Shown: positions 1 to 15,000 of the stretch, in pieces
Layout: each line of letters begins with the position of its first letter
Numbering within the stretch: position 1 is the stretch's first letter
Assembly: GCA_963924565.1 (NCBI GenBank)
Contig: OZ004609.1
Coordinates: forward strand, 21,390,001 to 21,454,000
DNA from: Ascidiella aspersa
Taxonomy: Eukaryota
DNA: 64,000 nt
Direction of reading: 5' to 3'
The notes under the pieces: generated by a model
Seen by the model: the letters and a program-made list of their open reading frames with translations, nothing else
Told to the model about the DNA's origin: nothing
Database searches by the model: none
Translations under genes and position numbers: made by a program

Positions 1-3000
1 ACCTAGGATATTATATAGTCTTGAAACTCGTCTCATTGTTTCGCTTTTAACGCAAAAGCTACCTTTGTTCAAACTCGAAGAGTGGCATGATGTATTGGAA
101 AGATTTGCTTACAATATTCTTGGCTCTAGGCCTATTATTGAGGGAGGCGATTCAGTTCCAACTTAGTTTGTTAAAAGCGTTAAGGAATTATGCAAGAACA
201 GTTAAGGTACCAACTAGTGTTTGGTGTCAACAATGTTGAAATCAAATAAACTGCTTAAACAAAAATGATTCATGACATGCCATTTCTAATCTATCTTCTT
301 AAAACTATAATTATAGTTTTAACTCACTGCCGTCGACCACGAGGTTTGCGGTATGGTTTCCGCCGAGTCCGCTTAGACGATACATGGCTATGTCGTCACG
401 AGTGACGTCATTGATGATGAGGGATCGAGCGCACCCCTGTGCGATGAATTCGTAACGAGGGTCGCTGTTGGCATCGATCGGGGCATCGTTCATGAACCAT
501 GCAACCTTGTAAAGGCAATATATCTTAGCTTCTCCATACCTTTAATTGAATCAGGTATACCTTTTAAAGCAATGTCGGCCGTTCCATCGGTTTAGGACAG
601 GGGCTAAACTATTTTTATTACACCTTTTCATTGTGATCATGGATAACGCTCCACTGACTACAATTGTAAACCAAACAAACGCAAAAGCATTTTTTTGCAG
701 TATCGCCTTCTTCTTAACTTAGGCTAATTAGACCCATTTTCAAATGCAAAACATCCTAATCCTATGTTTGCCACTGATTAATAGTTGTTATTATGAAACG
801 CTAAAAACTATTTTACAAAAGTTTTAGATAAAAATTACTGCCCGAGTATGGGTCAGGGTCGCGACTAGGGAAAGGTTCCCGAGCCCTGGTTTTAAGCGAT
901 TGTTAATTACATTAATTACAACATTAACACCGCATGAATTACTAAAATCAAATACATTAGAGAGCATATTTTACGTCATGAATTATTTCCTTCAGCGCAG
1001 GTAGAAAATTGTTTTATCAACTACCTAACATGATTTTCCAGATTTAGCGAAGCGTATAAATCATTTTGTAAACGCAAAATGTTTTCAGTTCAATTGGGGT
1101 CATTCATAAATACATTCAGACAAAAAAGTACAATGTGGCGCTAAAACATTTTATATTTAAATAAGCTACCTTGACGTTTGGCTTTGAGAACAAACAATCG
1201 AAGACGGCCTTTCGCCCTTCCGTAATGTAAACGTCTCCGTGCGGTTTAAGAAAATGAAGAGGTTGCACTTAAATAGAAGAAACGCGAGTTATTTAGAAAT
1301 ATCTAAATATAAGCAATGTAGGGCACACCGTATACATAAGTCACCGAGAGTTCAGTACAAATAACATTCATAACTTAACGTAACGTTTTCTTTAAAAAAT
1401 AAAAATAAAACTTAACCAATGTTAGAAATGTTTAGCTGTCGGCTCTTTAGTATTCGACTTAAGCTTTCATCAAGCTATAATTTAAATATTGGTAAAATAT
1501 GTGAACCTTATTTATCTTAAGAAACTGTTAAGTGGACGAGAAAACTTACTTTCGCCGACGATGAGATCCGCTGTGCACGTGCAGTCATTATATAGTGCCA
1601 CACAGTGTACAACCTGAACATCTTCCGCTTGGCAGTCGTTCACGATTAATGACCGTATCGTTCCCACGCTTATGACGTCATATTTTCCGGCGGGCCCAAC
1701 TGGAATCTAATAGCAACAATAAAGAGTAGAATAATAAATTTATTTTTGATAAGTTCAAACATACGGGTCAATCTGCACTTTGAATATACAGGCATAATGG
1801 TAGTTGTATTTCAAAGTCATACCTCTTTTCCGTTTCCGAAAAACCACTTTACTTTCGTTTTTGAATCTTTCACCTTGCATTCAAACAAAGCTTTACCTCC
1901 GACGTCCGCATAGCAATCGGAGATTTTAAAGATATATGCTGAAATAATAAAGTTTGTTTAAAAAGCAAGATATAAAGAATAAAAACGTCCACCACATAAC
2001 TGGTATAAAACACGTGTTTGGGGTTGACATATAAAGAGTTTCAAATATATCTTTATGCCTTTAGTTGTAAATTTAAATTTAATAACAGTATGATAAAATA
2101 GAATGACTCATAAATAAAATTGTAGTTACTTTTACCTTCTCTTCGTTCAGCTTCCTCCAGCAAACGCAACCTCTCCAATTCCTCTTCCCTTTTCTTTCGT
2201 GCAATCTCGCGTATCGCTTCTTGCCGGTTCATTACTTCGTCTAGAATCGCAAAGTTATATCGCTTTTGAGAAATTTTAACAAACCAAAGAAGCTTGAAAA
2301 CGGAGATAACTTTCCACAGCGAAACGTAGTAAAATATATTTTTTTCACAAACCGAGTACCGTATTATTAATATAAACGAAATGTTTTAAACTCCCTTTGC
2401 CCCAATATTGTGTAGTTGTATTCTTTCTTACTCAAAACTTGTTTGAAATGAAAATTTTGTACTATACTGTAGGCCTATTATATTTTTTGTTAGTGCGATT
2501 TTTTAACTATGTTACCGAAAGGTTCTCCTGGTGTAATGTAGCACGATTGAAGAGACGGAAGTCCTGTACCAATTTGGTTGACGGCTGTCACTCGAAAGAA
2601 ATATGTGTTGCCTATATTAAAACGAAAAAATACATTACGGTACAAACAACAGACAAGTGCATAACTTTAAAAATAACGTATGATGCAATATTTTTTGATA
2701 ATATACCTTTAACTAATCCAGCTACTGTGTACTTCTCTTTTTGAACTTGCTCCGGTAATTTGTTGCAGGGAATCCAGTTTTCGGAATGTTCTTTTCGTCT
2801 GTGGTAACAAATATACAAAACAATCGTGATAGGTGTAATATTAAAATAAATAAATTCATTCAATTTGCTGCTATTTATATTGGTGTTAAAATTATTGAGA
2901 TGGAGCTTAGCGTATTCGTAACATCATTTGTACCTTTCCACCAGGTAACCCATAAATTCGCCGTATCCCATGCGTTCGGGCTTTTTCCATGACAACTTGA

Positions 3001-6000
3001 CGCAATCCTCAGTGAGGTCATCAATATTTACTTCTCGTGGGTCGCTCGGTCGATCTGAACAAAACGGTTGTTTGAAGTGCGAGCTTGCTTTAGGTTTTCA
3101 CAGCAATGTCAGGGTAAACGTTAGTTAAACAGCAAATTAAAAAAACAGCTCGAACACCCTCGTTGTGTTGTTGTTATAAACACTGACACAAATATATAAT
3201 TAAACGCAGATAAAATATCGTACGTTTCAGCCTCATCGTTAGCTATAGATTTCTATAGATTTACCTTGGTTCCACTACAAATTTTGGTAAATCGCATATC
3301 CAATAGGCACGGTATTTTATGATGAGTAGGCCTATGCCGTAATTATTTAGTTCTTTGTAGCAGATTACAGTATATACTCACGGGTATGTTAATGCTCAGT
3401 TAGATAATTGGTTAGATAAAATGAATTAAATTTTATGCGGAATGGAGTTTCTTATATTTTCTTAACTTTAGTTTATACAGCGTTAACAAATTTTTATTAC
3501 GACTTCTAATCAGGATTTATCTTTGCTTTGACGTGTCATATGGATGTAGATAAACCTGAACAGTAACGATAAATATTTGCTAAAAAGGTATAGTGTGCTT
3601 TCGTAGTCCGCAAAGTTCTTGCCAACCTGGTTCTTTCGCTTGAATCACGCCGGGTAAAGTCTTCCACTCCCCGCAACCCGCGACGTTGCAAGCTCGGACC
3701 CGGAACTCAAAGAACTCTCCTGGGTTAAGGTCACCCACGGTAAAGTGACGTTGAGTCAGCGCCTTGTTGTTGACTGGTTTGAACTTGCCGCCTGCTGGAC
3801 GACTGTAGGCGGAAAGTTTCAAGACGTGTTTACGATAGATCAGTTAAGAATTTTTTTTATAAAATTGTTAACTTTAAAAGCAAAATTTAAAAACCGTGTT
3901 TTGCAACATATATTTCCACAAACAACAAAGGCAAATGGGTGCCTTCTTACCCTCTCTAAATAGCTATATGAAACAAAATCCTGTTTGGTTAAAAATGATT
4001 TGTTCAGCACCGATTTGTACAAGTCCAAACGTGTCAAAATGACCAAATGTAAGATGTGATTATGATGAACTCTGCTTGTCAAAATGAATTTGGCAAAATT
4101 TTAACCGTCATTGCTATAGTCACTTACTATTCCAAGAAGTATCCAGTGACGTTTGACCCGCCATCGCTTCGCGGAGCTTCCCAGCAAACTTTGATTGACG
4201 TCGATGTCACGCATGGCTGACCTTTATCGTCAGCAACGCGGAAGATTCCCTGCACCCCGCCCCACCAGTTGGGTGGCTCTATTTATTAAAAAGCACAGAG
4301 AACAATTAATTACAAGCATAGATCAAACTGCCTGGAGGGTATCTTCACTCGTCATCAGTGACATATTAAATTACGTTTTGTATCAAGTCCGACAAGTGTC
4401 GAGCAAAGTGTAACAAAAATGTTGGTCGATTATGATACGAAGACGATTACGTGTTTTATGACTCGTTTTACATTGTTTAATATTATATGCTATTTTACGC
4501 AAATATTTCAATTATTATTATAACCTATGTCGTGGTCCGATTGATCTAAATATATTTATTCTTGGTGGTCCAGATCTTTAGAAAAGTTCGATTTTAGCTT
4601 TTGCGTATTAAAGGAATTTATGTCACCCAAAAGTGTGGGACGTGTTCCAATATTTAATATGCTTTTTGGGAAAAAAAGCTTTACAACGTCATAACAGTAT
4701 ATGTCGGAATTTTATCTAAGATGTTTGAACTGTCACTCTACGTTCAAGGACTATCAAGCATTTTATATCAACCGTTTGCAATAAATCTGTTGACGACGCA
4801 ATCCATTACATTTAGCCCTTACTTATTCCATCACTTGCCAGCACAGCCTCGCTTGTCTCCGAGAAAGGACTAGTCCCGTTGCTGTTGACCGCTCTTACCC
4901 TGAACATGTACCTTTCACCGGGTTCCAAGCCACCCACTGGATAACGTGTGTACCTTTTAATAACAAAATACCTTTTTAATCCATTTACTGCAGCAACGGC
5001 ATCTCTTCCTGCTTTTTATATCACTTTATTACGATAAAATTCCTCTTCGCTTTAAGTTTATTGTTTGATTCACAGCAATACTTGGATTATACTTTCATTT
5101 TTGGAGGCGTATCTCTGAATCCACTATGAAACTGAATCCACTATTTTTTTTAATATTTAACGATTTTGGACAACAAACTAGAAAATAGCCGTTGTATACT
5201 TTTATCAGTGTTGTAAATTTTTAAAACTAGTGTGTATTGTACATAAGCTTTAATAAAACATAATTCGTTGTCTAAAGCATATTTGCTATTTATTACCTCA
5301 CTGGAGTGTGATTGGCAGCAAGCCACGTATCAGAACCCAACATCTTGTACTCGATATAATATCGGGGCTGATCGCCGCCAGAGCGCGCTGGTGGCACCCA
5401 GCCGATCTCGATGTACTCCCGCGTGCACTGAATTAGATAAAAGAGTTATTTATAATATAAATATCGTTTGAATGCAAGCGCCTAATCACAATACATGCGG
5501 CGCAATTGTATTTAAAAGGATAAAATGTAGAGAAAGTAAAACGTAAAACAATGAGTTATAATTGGTTGCGCTTGGCCTACAACTAATTACTAAAATTGGA
5601 CGCTGCTATACGGCGATATGAGGTTATTGAGCGAAGAATTCGGAAAGGACGAGAATTCGATAATCGATTTATTATCCAACGTGATTTCACTGCAGCAAAC
5701 TTGCGGTGTTATACCTTGATGGATCGCACTTCTCTTGGTGTTGTCGGCACCCCGCGATATCTCTCGATTGTCTTCTTGGATTTGTCCGAGCAATTGGCAT
5801 CCAACTTTTGGAAATCTTCTTCCTTTTCTAGCTGCTCATTCGTGACGTCACCACACAATTTCCCTTCCACGGGGGAAACTGCCAAATGGTATGTCATTTG
5901 AGTTTTCTAATTTTGTCATTCAATATATAAACTGTTGCTACCAGGCATAGTAATATAAGTCAAAAACAGCTCCTCTGGTAATTGTAATTCTTTACCAACG

Positions 6001-9000
6001 TTTCAGCAACCTATGCAAGTCGCCTTAGTCCGGGTGAATGACACCGTTCGCTCGTACAATACATGGAAAACACACAAATGTCATTCGTTGTTAAATAAAT
6101 AAATCTATCACTTTTGTTTTCCTCAAAATGTTTAAATAGAATGTACTTGTAAATTATTCTGTTTATTTTAATATAGATTTACTGCTACATTGCGGTATTC
6201 AGTTACCTTCAGAGACAATGGAAATGACGTCACTCGGATTACTCGGTTCACTACTTCCGGCGCCGTTTACAGCGATGACGCGAAATCTATACAAGAAATC
6301 AATCAAAGTGAAGTTGTGAACCGTTAATCCGGTTTAAACCATGACCTTCGTAAAATGCAATGGTTAAAAAGTTTGGTGTAGTTAATCAACCATTTACACA
6401 GAAACTACGTGGGAAATTACAGAGATACTTTGATATTTTTTGGACACTTATTAGCTCGTGTATTGTATAAAAATGGTATGACATTTATTTTCTTTGTGAA
6501 ATCCGAAAATATGGATACTTCCCTCTAATACTTATATAAAACAGGTTCGATTTAATCTTAGATTAGATTTAGCGCATAGGTAAATAAACTGTCTCGAGGT
6601 GTGACACATTAAATACAACAAATGCCGCCTGTCACGCGTACATGTTAATTGTAACCCACCGACCCATCAGCGTACATTTACCTGTAAGACTTTTCACTTT
6701 CAAGGCCCATAACTGGATAGGGGTCGGTTGTTTGCAGAGCATCGGCGTTGACGCATCGCCATTCCTCGTGACTCTCTACGTCACAATACTCGACGAAAAA
6801 GCCAGCAACCTCGTCACTATCGGGCGCCAACCAACTCACGCTCGCACAGTTGCCGCTCGAAGATAAAGTGGCAGTCACATTGCAAGGAATGCCTGCATTT
6901 GAAGTTCATTTATTCAACTCAAAATAATTTGTAGAAGATGAATGGCGTGTACTTGGGTACAGTATGCACGGCTCTGTAATGTAGCTGGATAATGAATTGC
7001 AAAAGCCAAACAGGTCGAGTAGATCGACATCATGTTGATTAAGACGTTTTGATACGAGCTTGTATCATCTTCACATTAACTGAAGCTCGTATCGAAAACG
7101 TATTAATCAAGATAATGTCGATTTGCTCGACCTTTTTGGCTTTGCAATTCATTAATGACTATAAAGATTTTCGTTTTACCGCTATATGTACTGTGAGAAC
7201 ATACACTTTTTGCGCCGTCAGTTTCAAGACGTCGCGCTACGATCGGAGTAAAAATCACGAACTTTGACGTCACTCTTAGATCACAATAGACTTACCTGGT
7301 ACGTCATCGGGCTCTTCTTCTTCAACAACAATGTCCTCTGCCTCGGGAGATACCAAGTCCATCAGTTCTGAAAACAGAAACAATAGGTGAATGCCCTCCC
7401 ATGGCAACAGAGGCTATACACTCATGTATTGCGTGTAGTTAACACACCAAGCGAAGCACTAAAATGGTATATCCTTTTTATTACAAAGTTAGAACAGGGA
7501 ATCTCTGTGTTGTTTTAATTAGGTTTTATAAACCAATCCAAAATAACCTGTGTAAAGCAATATGTTCCCCAGAAGTAAAAACCGACAAGCCCTCACCTAC
7601 AACTTTAATGGTACGCTGCTTACTATAAAAATATGTTGTTAACACTTTGTAGGCCAACAAGTAAAACTTCAATATGATCGGCATTAACTGATGTAACGCA
7701 TGTCCTCCATATATACCGTTTTCGAATAACTGTCACTTTCATACAATTCGTTGGACGTTTGGAAATTTGCGACACTTCAGAAAATGTTATTTTATCGCTT
7801 GCAACTCTTCGCACAAACTAGAGTTTAAAAACAGAACTAATACTAACTACAGAAACATAACTAAAAATAGTTTCCCCAAGTTCTTCAACCCAAACTCTTC
7901 CATGTAATTCGCTGGATGCTTGGTGATTTGCGACACAAACCTAAACGTTATTTTATCGCTTGCAACTCTTTGCACAAACTGAAGTCTGAAAACAGAACTA
8001 TCACTAACTACTGAAACATAACTAAAAATAGTTCTTCAAGTGCTTGAACCCAAACTTACCGATATCAAGACGTGGAGTGCCAGGATCTCTCATGGCCACT
8101 GGGCCCACAGCCAATGAAGAAGGACCCTTGCCCCATCGGTTGAACGCACGGACACGAAAGAAATATCCACTTCCTTCGATCAGACCAGTGACAGGAGTGG
8201 AGGTCAATCGTACCGGTTTTGCTATTGCTTTGCGCCAAATACTTGATCCGGCTTCAGCCCTATGCGAAAGGTATTTTTGTCTGTGGGTATGATGCTTTAA
8301 AGGGAAATTTTATTGATTTGAAAGAAACTTCATAGAGTCATTATAATGACTTATGATGGGTTGTGCTTTCGACGTTTACTCGCTTAGTTTTTAAACAAGC
8401 CGACGCCCAAATAAATAACGGCACAGACAAACATGATTTTTTGTTTAGCGTCATTTGTTTGGTTTGAAAACCACGTGTGCTTGATCCACATCATCGTATC
8501 TTTTAGTTTGACACCTACTTCTCTATCCAATATCCCTGAATAGGCGCTCCGCCGAAGTGACCGAAATACCCAGGAGGCTTCCAGCTGAGCGTGACGTGGT
8601 TTCGCGTGACGTCAGCATACTGGAGGTCGGTGGGGGCTGAAGGGGGAGAACTCAAGCCCGTGACGGACAAGAAGCAGCGAGAAGTAGAGGCGCCGCACGA
8701 GTTGTACGCTCGACAAACGTATTCACCTATAGGTTTTGAGCAGTAATATTATAGGACTGTCTTGCTATTGTAGGGTAAATCGTGCCTGGGGTACTTCAAG
8801 CGTACTACGCGAAAAGTTTATAAAATATGGAATGGCATGGCATGAAAAGAATAGCATGCTATCGCGCTATATGTCAATTTTATTAAAAGCAACTCGTACT
8901 GTCATGTATATATTCTGACATCTCAAAAAACGAATTGCAGAACTACGTTTTATGCTTCACTACAAGGCTGACATGTCAACAACGCATTGTTCTACGCCAC

Positions 9001-12000
9001 ACGTGCGTTTTGCAACAAAATACCTACAATACGCAAGTATATATTATTTGGTCACGCATAACTGTCGTATACCTTCGTCGTCAGTGTAGGCCTTAAGAAT
9101 TGTGAGTGACGCAGTTTTTCCGTCAAACTCCGTCTGCACGTGATTAACTTTGTTGTCCAAGTTGCGACCTGCGGGCATTATTGACGTTTAATCATTATAG
9201 TTAAACGTTTAGTTACAATGTTTTTATCAAATCGACGTTGTTAGGGCTATCACCGAAAGTTGTAAACCTGCTTTGGACTTCAGAAGGTACAATTACTTTT
9301 CTGTATAAAAAACAACTTTTTTAATTAAAAAATTGCCCGATTACAAAATCTTCTCGTAAAAGAAGGCGTTTTTCATTTTAGGCTACCTGTAATGTAAACC
9401 GTTTCATAAACAAAACAACTGTACAGTAAACTGTTCTTAAACAGATCAAATTGTATTGCGTCACTTTGAAACAGTAAGAATTGTATTTATAGATTCTCGT
9501 TTAGCTACAAAGCTTAATTTGAAATTGTGTTTACAGGTATAAGCGGTTTAGCTGGACTGGAAGCAACAATGAACTGTGGCGTGAAATACAAACCATTCAA
9601 GGTCCAGAAAACGTCAGGTGAAGGTCGTCCCTCAACCTCACACGTCATCACCACAGCTCCACCTTCTTTGACCTTTCTGTTGAAGAGCCCGGTCACAAAG
9701 CGAGGATAACCTATAGGCAAGTGTTAAAATGCATTGACCTGACCCGTCTGTTAATTTTAAAGATAAGTTATAGTAATATTACGTTATTATACATTTCATC
9801 GCACACAACTAAACAAAAAAATATCTATTGTTATTATACATACCAATGTGATATTATAAACACGGAATGTGTTGTACCGATATACTAACTGATAACCTGT
9901 TATAATTAAAATCTCGGGTAATCTAGATACTCGTTGTTTTCACGCCTCCCTCAACTGTTTCTCGCAAACTTGCCTCGCATAATACATTGTAAGACTATTT
10001 ATTATATTTTTCGGGTAACATTGCCATTATTTTAGGTAACTCTGTTTGTAAAAACATAGACAAGCAAACATATTTTTTAACTGTAGGCCTACATCTTTGA
10101 AAGAACATTCTTATTGTACATTTCTAAAATAACATGTAATATTAACAGAAACAAACCAACAACAAAGCAATACAATTTCTTCCGGTTTCTCTTGAAACAT
10201 TCGCAGTTACTTTAGTTACAGTTTTCGTACAAAAAAAAACACTTCAAGACGCGTCTCGCAGTAACTCATCAACATTATCAGTGACAATTTTTGGCGCCGA
10301 TTTCGGAGCAACCACCTCCTCCGACACTTGGCCGCCATCCGCCGCCCTGTCCACGACAGTTTGTTTGCGCGTCGAGCTCTCGTAACTGTGATTTAAAGTC
10401 TCGGACAGGCAATTCCCGAACTCTCCGATACTTTCTTTCGCGAGACCCTCGCCCCTTCGTTTGGCTTTGCTCCTGTCTTCTCCTGCCCCCTTGGATGCCA
10501 CGATGTTCTCTTCCACCATCTCGTAGGTGAGCTTGTCCGCCTTGGCCGGGATGCGGAGTTCCAAAACGCTCTCGAACTTTCCACCAGAAACCTCGGCGCT
10601 CGAACCCTTGTACGTCACGACTTTCGATGACGCGTCGGCCGCCGAGGCCTTCTGCAGCGGGCCGATCACCAGCTCTGCCCGCTCCAAATCCGGCTCGACA
10701 TGATTCGACGCATTTTCCCACTCGGGTGCCATCGAAACGCTTTCTTCTGGGAAATAAGTGTAAATCTTATATATATATACTTTTTACATAGCAATTGGTA
10801 AAAACCACAAACAACTGTTATAGCCTAATTGATTTTTATGAATAATTTGGGAATGATAACATGCGTGTTACTCTTGCAAAGAATGTACCAAATAAATAGT
10901 TGGGTCCTAACAGTTATTTTTAAACTCTGTATCGCAAGAGATTGACAAGCATTTAGGGTGAATGTGAATTTATAAAGGTATAAGCAGGGCCCTCCATTAA
11001 ACCGTATTTTTTGCCTATATTAACGACATAAATTTTTTTTTGTAAAGTTTTAAACGTTAATAAGGTTTAAAGTAGACTATAGGTATGACAAAATAAACCG
11101 TATATTTAGGACGTGTTACAAGATCCAAGGCAAAACATAACGAAAAATTGAAATAACTCACCAATAAACATTGAAGATGAAAGCGAGGGTGAGCAACCAA
11201 AATGAAGGTGAAAGAACAAATGAGATGTTATTATGACGAATTGAAAAAATGATTGCAAACAGCCAGAAACCATATTCAATGTACAATATGCTTTAACAAA
11301 TGTTATGTAAACTGCCCTTCATCTCAAATATATCCTGGATTAGCCACTACAAAAAATAATATTTGTCTACATCTGCAATTTTTTTCCGCCTGACTGACTT
11401 CACTGAACTAGGAGTTCCCAACTATAGATAGCAAACACCTTTTGAGACTGAGGCAAGTCGCTGACTTTCTTTCGCAAATAATTTAAAACATGCAAACAGC
11501 CATTGTGACCACTTTGTCATTTGTTGTAAATGAATGTCATGACATTGGATTGTCATTGAAAGTTTTGTGAAAATACAGGCTTCGCGGTTTGTTTCGCAAA
11601 ATTACCGGTCAATATCACTTACCAGGAACGTTCAGCTTTTCCACATCAGGGTAGTCAGAGGGCTTTCTCATGTTGTATCCCGACTTGATGTCGTAGTATC
11701 CCACCTTACCGTCGTCATAGCGACGTACCAGTAGTGTAGCGTAACTGGAAATCTCGCCCTTGTGATTCTGAGCAGAGATCCTATAGGTACCCGAGTCGCT
11801 CAACTCAGCCCTGTAAATAAAAAGTTAATGCTGGTAGGTCTTCGCCTACTGTTTCAACATTTGTATGTTAGCTGCAAAACGGACACAGGTGTTATTAACC
11901 ATATTCAATTTACAAAAGGATACAACAGGTTTATCGAGATAATTAAAACTTTTCAAAGCTGTAATTGTAATTCTAGTTGTTTTTTTAGTTGCTGTGCCTA

Positions 12001-15000
12001 GTAGTGTTGTATCTTACTTGAAAATCTCTAAGGTATAGACGCCGTATTGGTTTGAGATCTTTACTTTTCCTGGATCCATTAGTATGGGTTCAATGGGAAC
12101 CATATCGTGGTACCAAGTTATTTTTGGTGGCGGGGAACCGTTGATAGTGCAAGTGAACTTCACATACATCTAGAAATATATATACAATGGGTATGGCATA
12201 TAAAGTATAACGTCGTACATTCAATCATCACAGTAAACGTTTTATGTACTTAAATGCAAGAAATGTGAATTTTTGGCGAGGCGCTACTAATGTTATTACC
12301 ATTGTGTAACAACATCTATAGTTAATAACTAGCATTTCGTTGGCATTATATTGCTATTGCCAAAACACGAAGAAATTATAATGGTGGAAACTAACTACCT
12401 TTTCCCAGATCACGTGACTTCTCAGCTTCATCATGAACATTGGAGCATGCTGCAAGTTTTCCCGCGATTTTTTCTGGACGCTCCAGGGTTCATCGCAGTC
12501 GGTCAAAGCCGGTCCACGTGTGCGGTACCTTTTCCACAAATGTGTTGGTTTATGGCAGAATGAGAACAGTAATAAAAAATATGAGGTTTAATGTCATCAA
12601 AAGGTAAGAAATAGTATTAAGAAGACTAAGCGGCTTTATTTGCAGAGCAAACCTTGTACACTATTCCAATTAACGTTATGGATAGTTTTTTGTGCAATTA
12701 GAAATGGCAAAACAGATCCAACACGCATAATTGTCACAAATATCTTACAACTTTATAATGATCCAATTGTCACACGACGCCTATATTGTAGTTTGGATTT
12801 CCCGCAGGGGTCAAAAAAATCTTAATTAACTCACTGATATTTGCTCTTCTTCATCGTGAACCGGTCATCGTCGTCCTCTACACCATACTCCTTCCTCTTG
12901 GCGATGTAACTTGCTATTTCGCGCACGGCATCTTCTTCCTCCTCAAGCGAACTATCAGGTCGCCTGCAATTTCATTTCAAAGGCCTTACGTTTCACAAAA
13001 ACTACATCGGAAAAAAGTAAAATCAAGAGCAAAATTGCATGTTCAAGTTAAAACCGTAGCTTGTTTGCGTTAGGGTGTATCAGCTAGCTCATATATCAAT
13101 AAAATGAGTTTTTAAATGTGTACGGAAGCCCAATAAGTTGTATTTGATAAACAAACATTGTACTTAGATGTTGAGCAATTGATCTAGCATACCAGAGAAT
13201 CAGCGTAAGCAACAAAATAAATCGTTTTAAGTGAAACAGCCCCTAATAAATGATAAAATTATAAGGAGACCATATTGCCTAACGTTCATCAACTACTTAT
13301 AATCGCAAACCTCTTGGCAACTGGCATGACGTAGTGATCAACCTGTTGCCGCGCCCCCCCTCTTCTGCCTTCCTCCCTCTTCAGCTGCCCTTCCATCTTC
13401 ACGTAATCGTAGGCCGGAGATTCCGCCTCGTTTTCCCTATTCAGCTCCTCGTAATAGCGCTCTCTGGTGGAACGTGGTGGCTGCGCGTAGTCCTCCTCAG
13501 CGTCCCAGTACAAGCTGCTTGCTGGTTTGCTCCTTCCTTGCTGCTGATGTTGATGGTGGCGCTGACGTGGATCTCCGCTGCTTCTCTTGGAGCGCGAGAG
13601 CTGAGGCGGTAGCGGTACGCCGAACTCCTCCGATTCGTAGTCATCCATGTAGGCCAGCGCGTGTCGGACCGGGGTGCTGAGATCCTGACGCCTGTGTCGC
13701 AATTTAAAACGGATGGGTCTAAGGCAGGGGTGGGCAACCTACGGTCTGCGGGCCAAATCCGGCCCGCCAATGTAAACATGCGGCCCGTGTATTACAAACT
13801 GAACACGAAACCATTCATATATTTAGGTTATTTCAACCTACATAAAAGCATTTTTTTACGATTTGTCTTGTTCTTCCATCGAGTATTAATTGAAAAATAC
13901 CCCCTATAGTTTTATCCATGATTAGCAGTCGTTGCAGTTGTTATAGGATGCATAAAGTATACATAGTTCAAATTACGGTCCGCAGAGACCTTCTGAGTTT
14001 GTTTTTGGCCCGCGACTAGAAAAATGTTGCCCAACTCTGGTCTAAGGCGTCTAATACCTAAACAAATTTAAATGCATATATTTATTACTTGGAGAGGCAA
14101 ACAGCATGTTATTAAACCTCGAAGCTTTATAAGAGGTGATTCAGAGGGTACAAATAACAGCATAAAATTTGTAACTGATTTTTGTGTGGCTTTTACAAAA
14201 TGCGCGACTCGAATCTGTAACTTGCTTAGATTGAAGCGAAACTCCTCACTATAATAGTTAGGATGAGATATTTTAAAAGCATGAGATTTCTGAAAAATAA
14301 ATAAATAAACAGAACTCTAACGTTGACGACAAAAGCCAGGTATAACGATCTCGTCATTAACTCGAACCGCCCTTTGCTTCTCCTCACATCTAGCTATCGT
14401 CTGCTGGAATTAGCAAGGGACGACAAATGTATTTTTGGATTGTAATCGCTTGATTACGCAAAACGGTACCAGTTCGATGAGTGACCAGTAACTATAATAG
14501 CATAATTATAAATAAGCTCATGTTCTGCAAGTAAATCGTAATGCATTAACATACCTGTAAGAAGATGGTCGCGGTTCGTACGTTGGGGAATCGCAACTGG
14601 AAGAGCTTCCCTAAAGAAATAAAAACATGGAAAGATTAAAGTTGTTGGAATGTCTTCATTTAGCACCCAGGCTGGTTTGATTACAGCAAAAGCACAACAA
14701 AAAAGTAAAGAATAAATCCCTGGCTATTTAAGATAAGAGAGTTCTATATAAGAGAGTTCTATTGGGGAAAAAGTATTAGTAAGCTATAGAAGAAACTGGA
14801 TTACGACAAGTAGTTAAGTGAAATTGGTATCATAAACAAACCCCGAATGACGAAAGTCGCTTGCTTGGCGGCGGACCCAGTTGATTGACTCGAAGTGGAG
14901 AGCTCACTTGAGACAAAACCTTGTCGTAATCTTCCCGTCCAAATCTGTGACAAATTTAGATTAACGTGCAAGTAACATATGTCATTTAAAACCCACAAAG

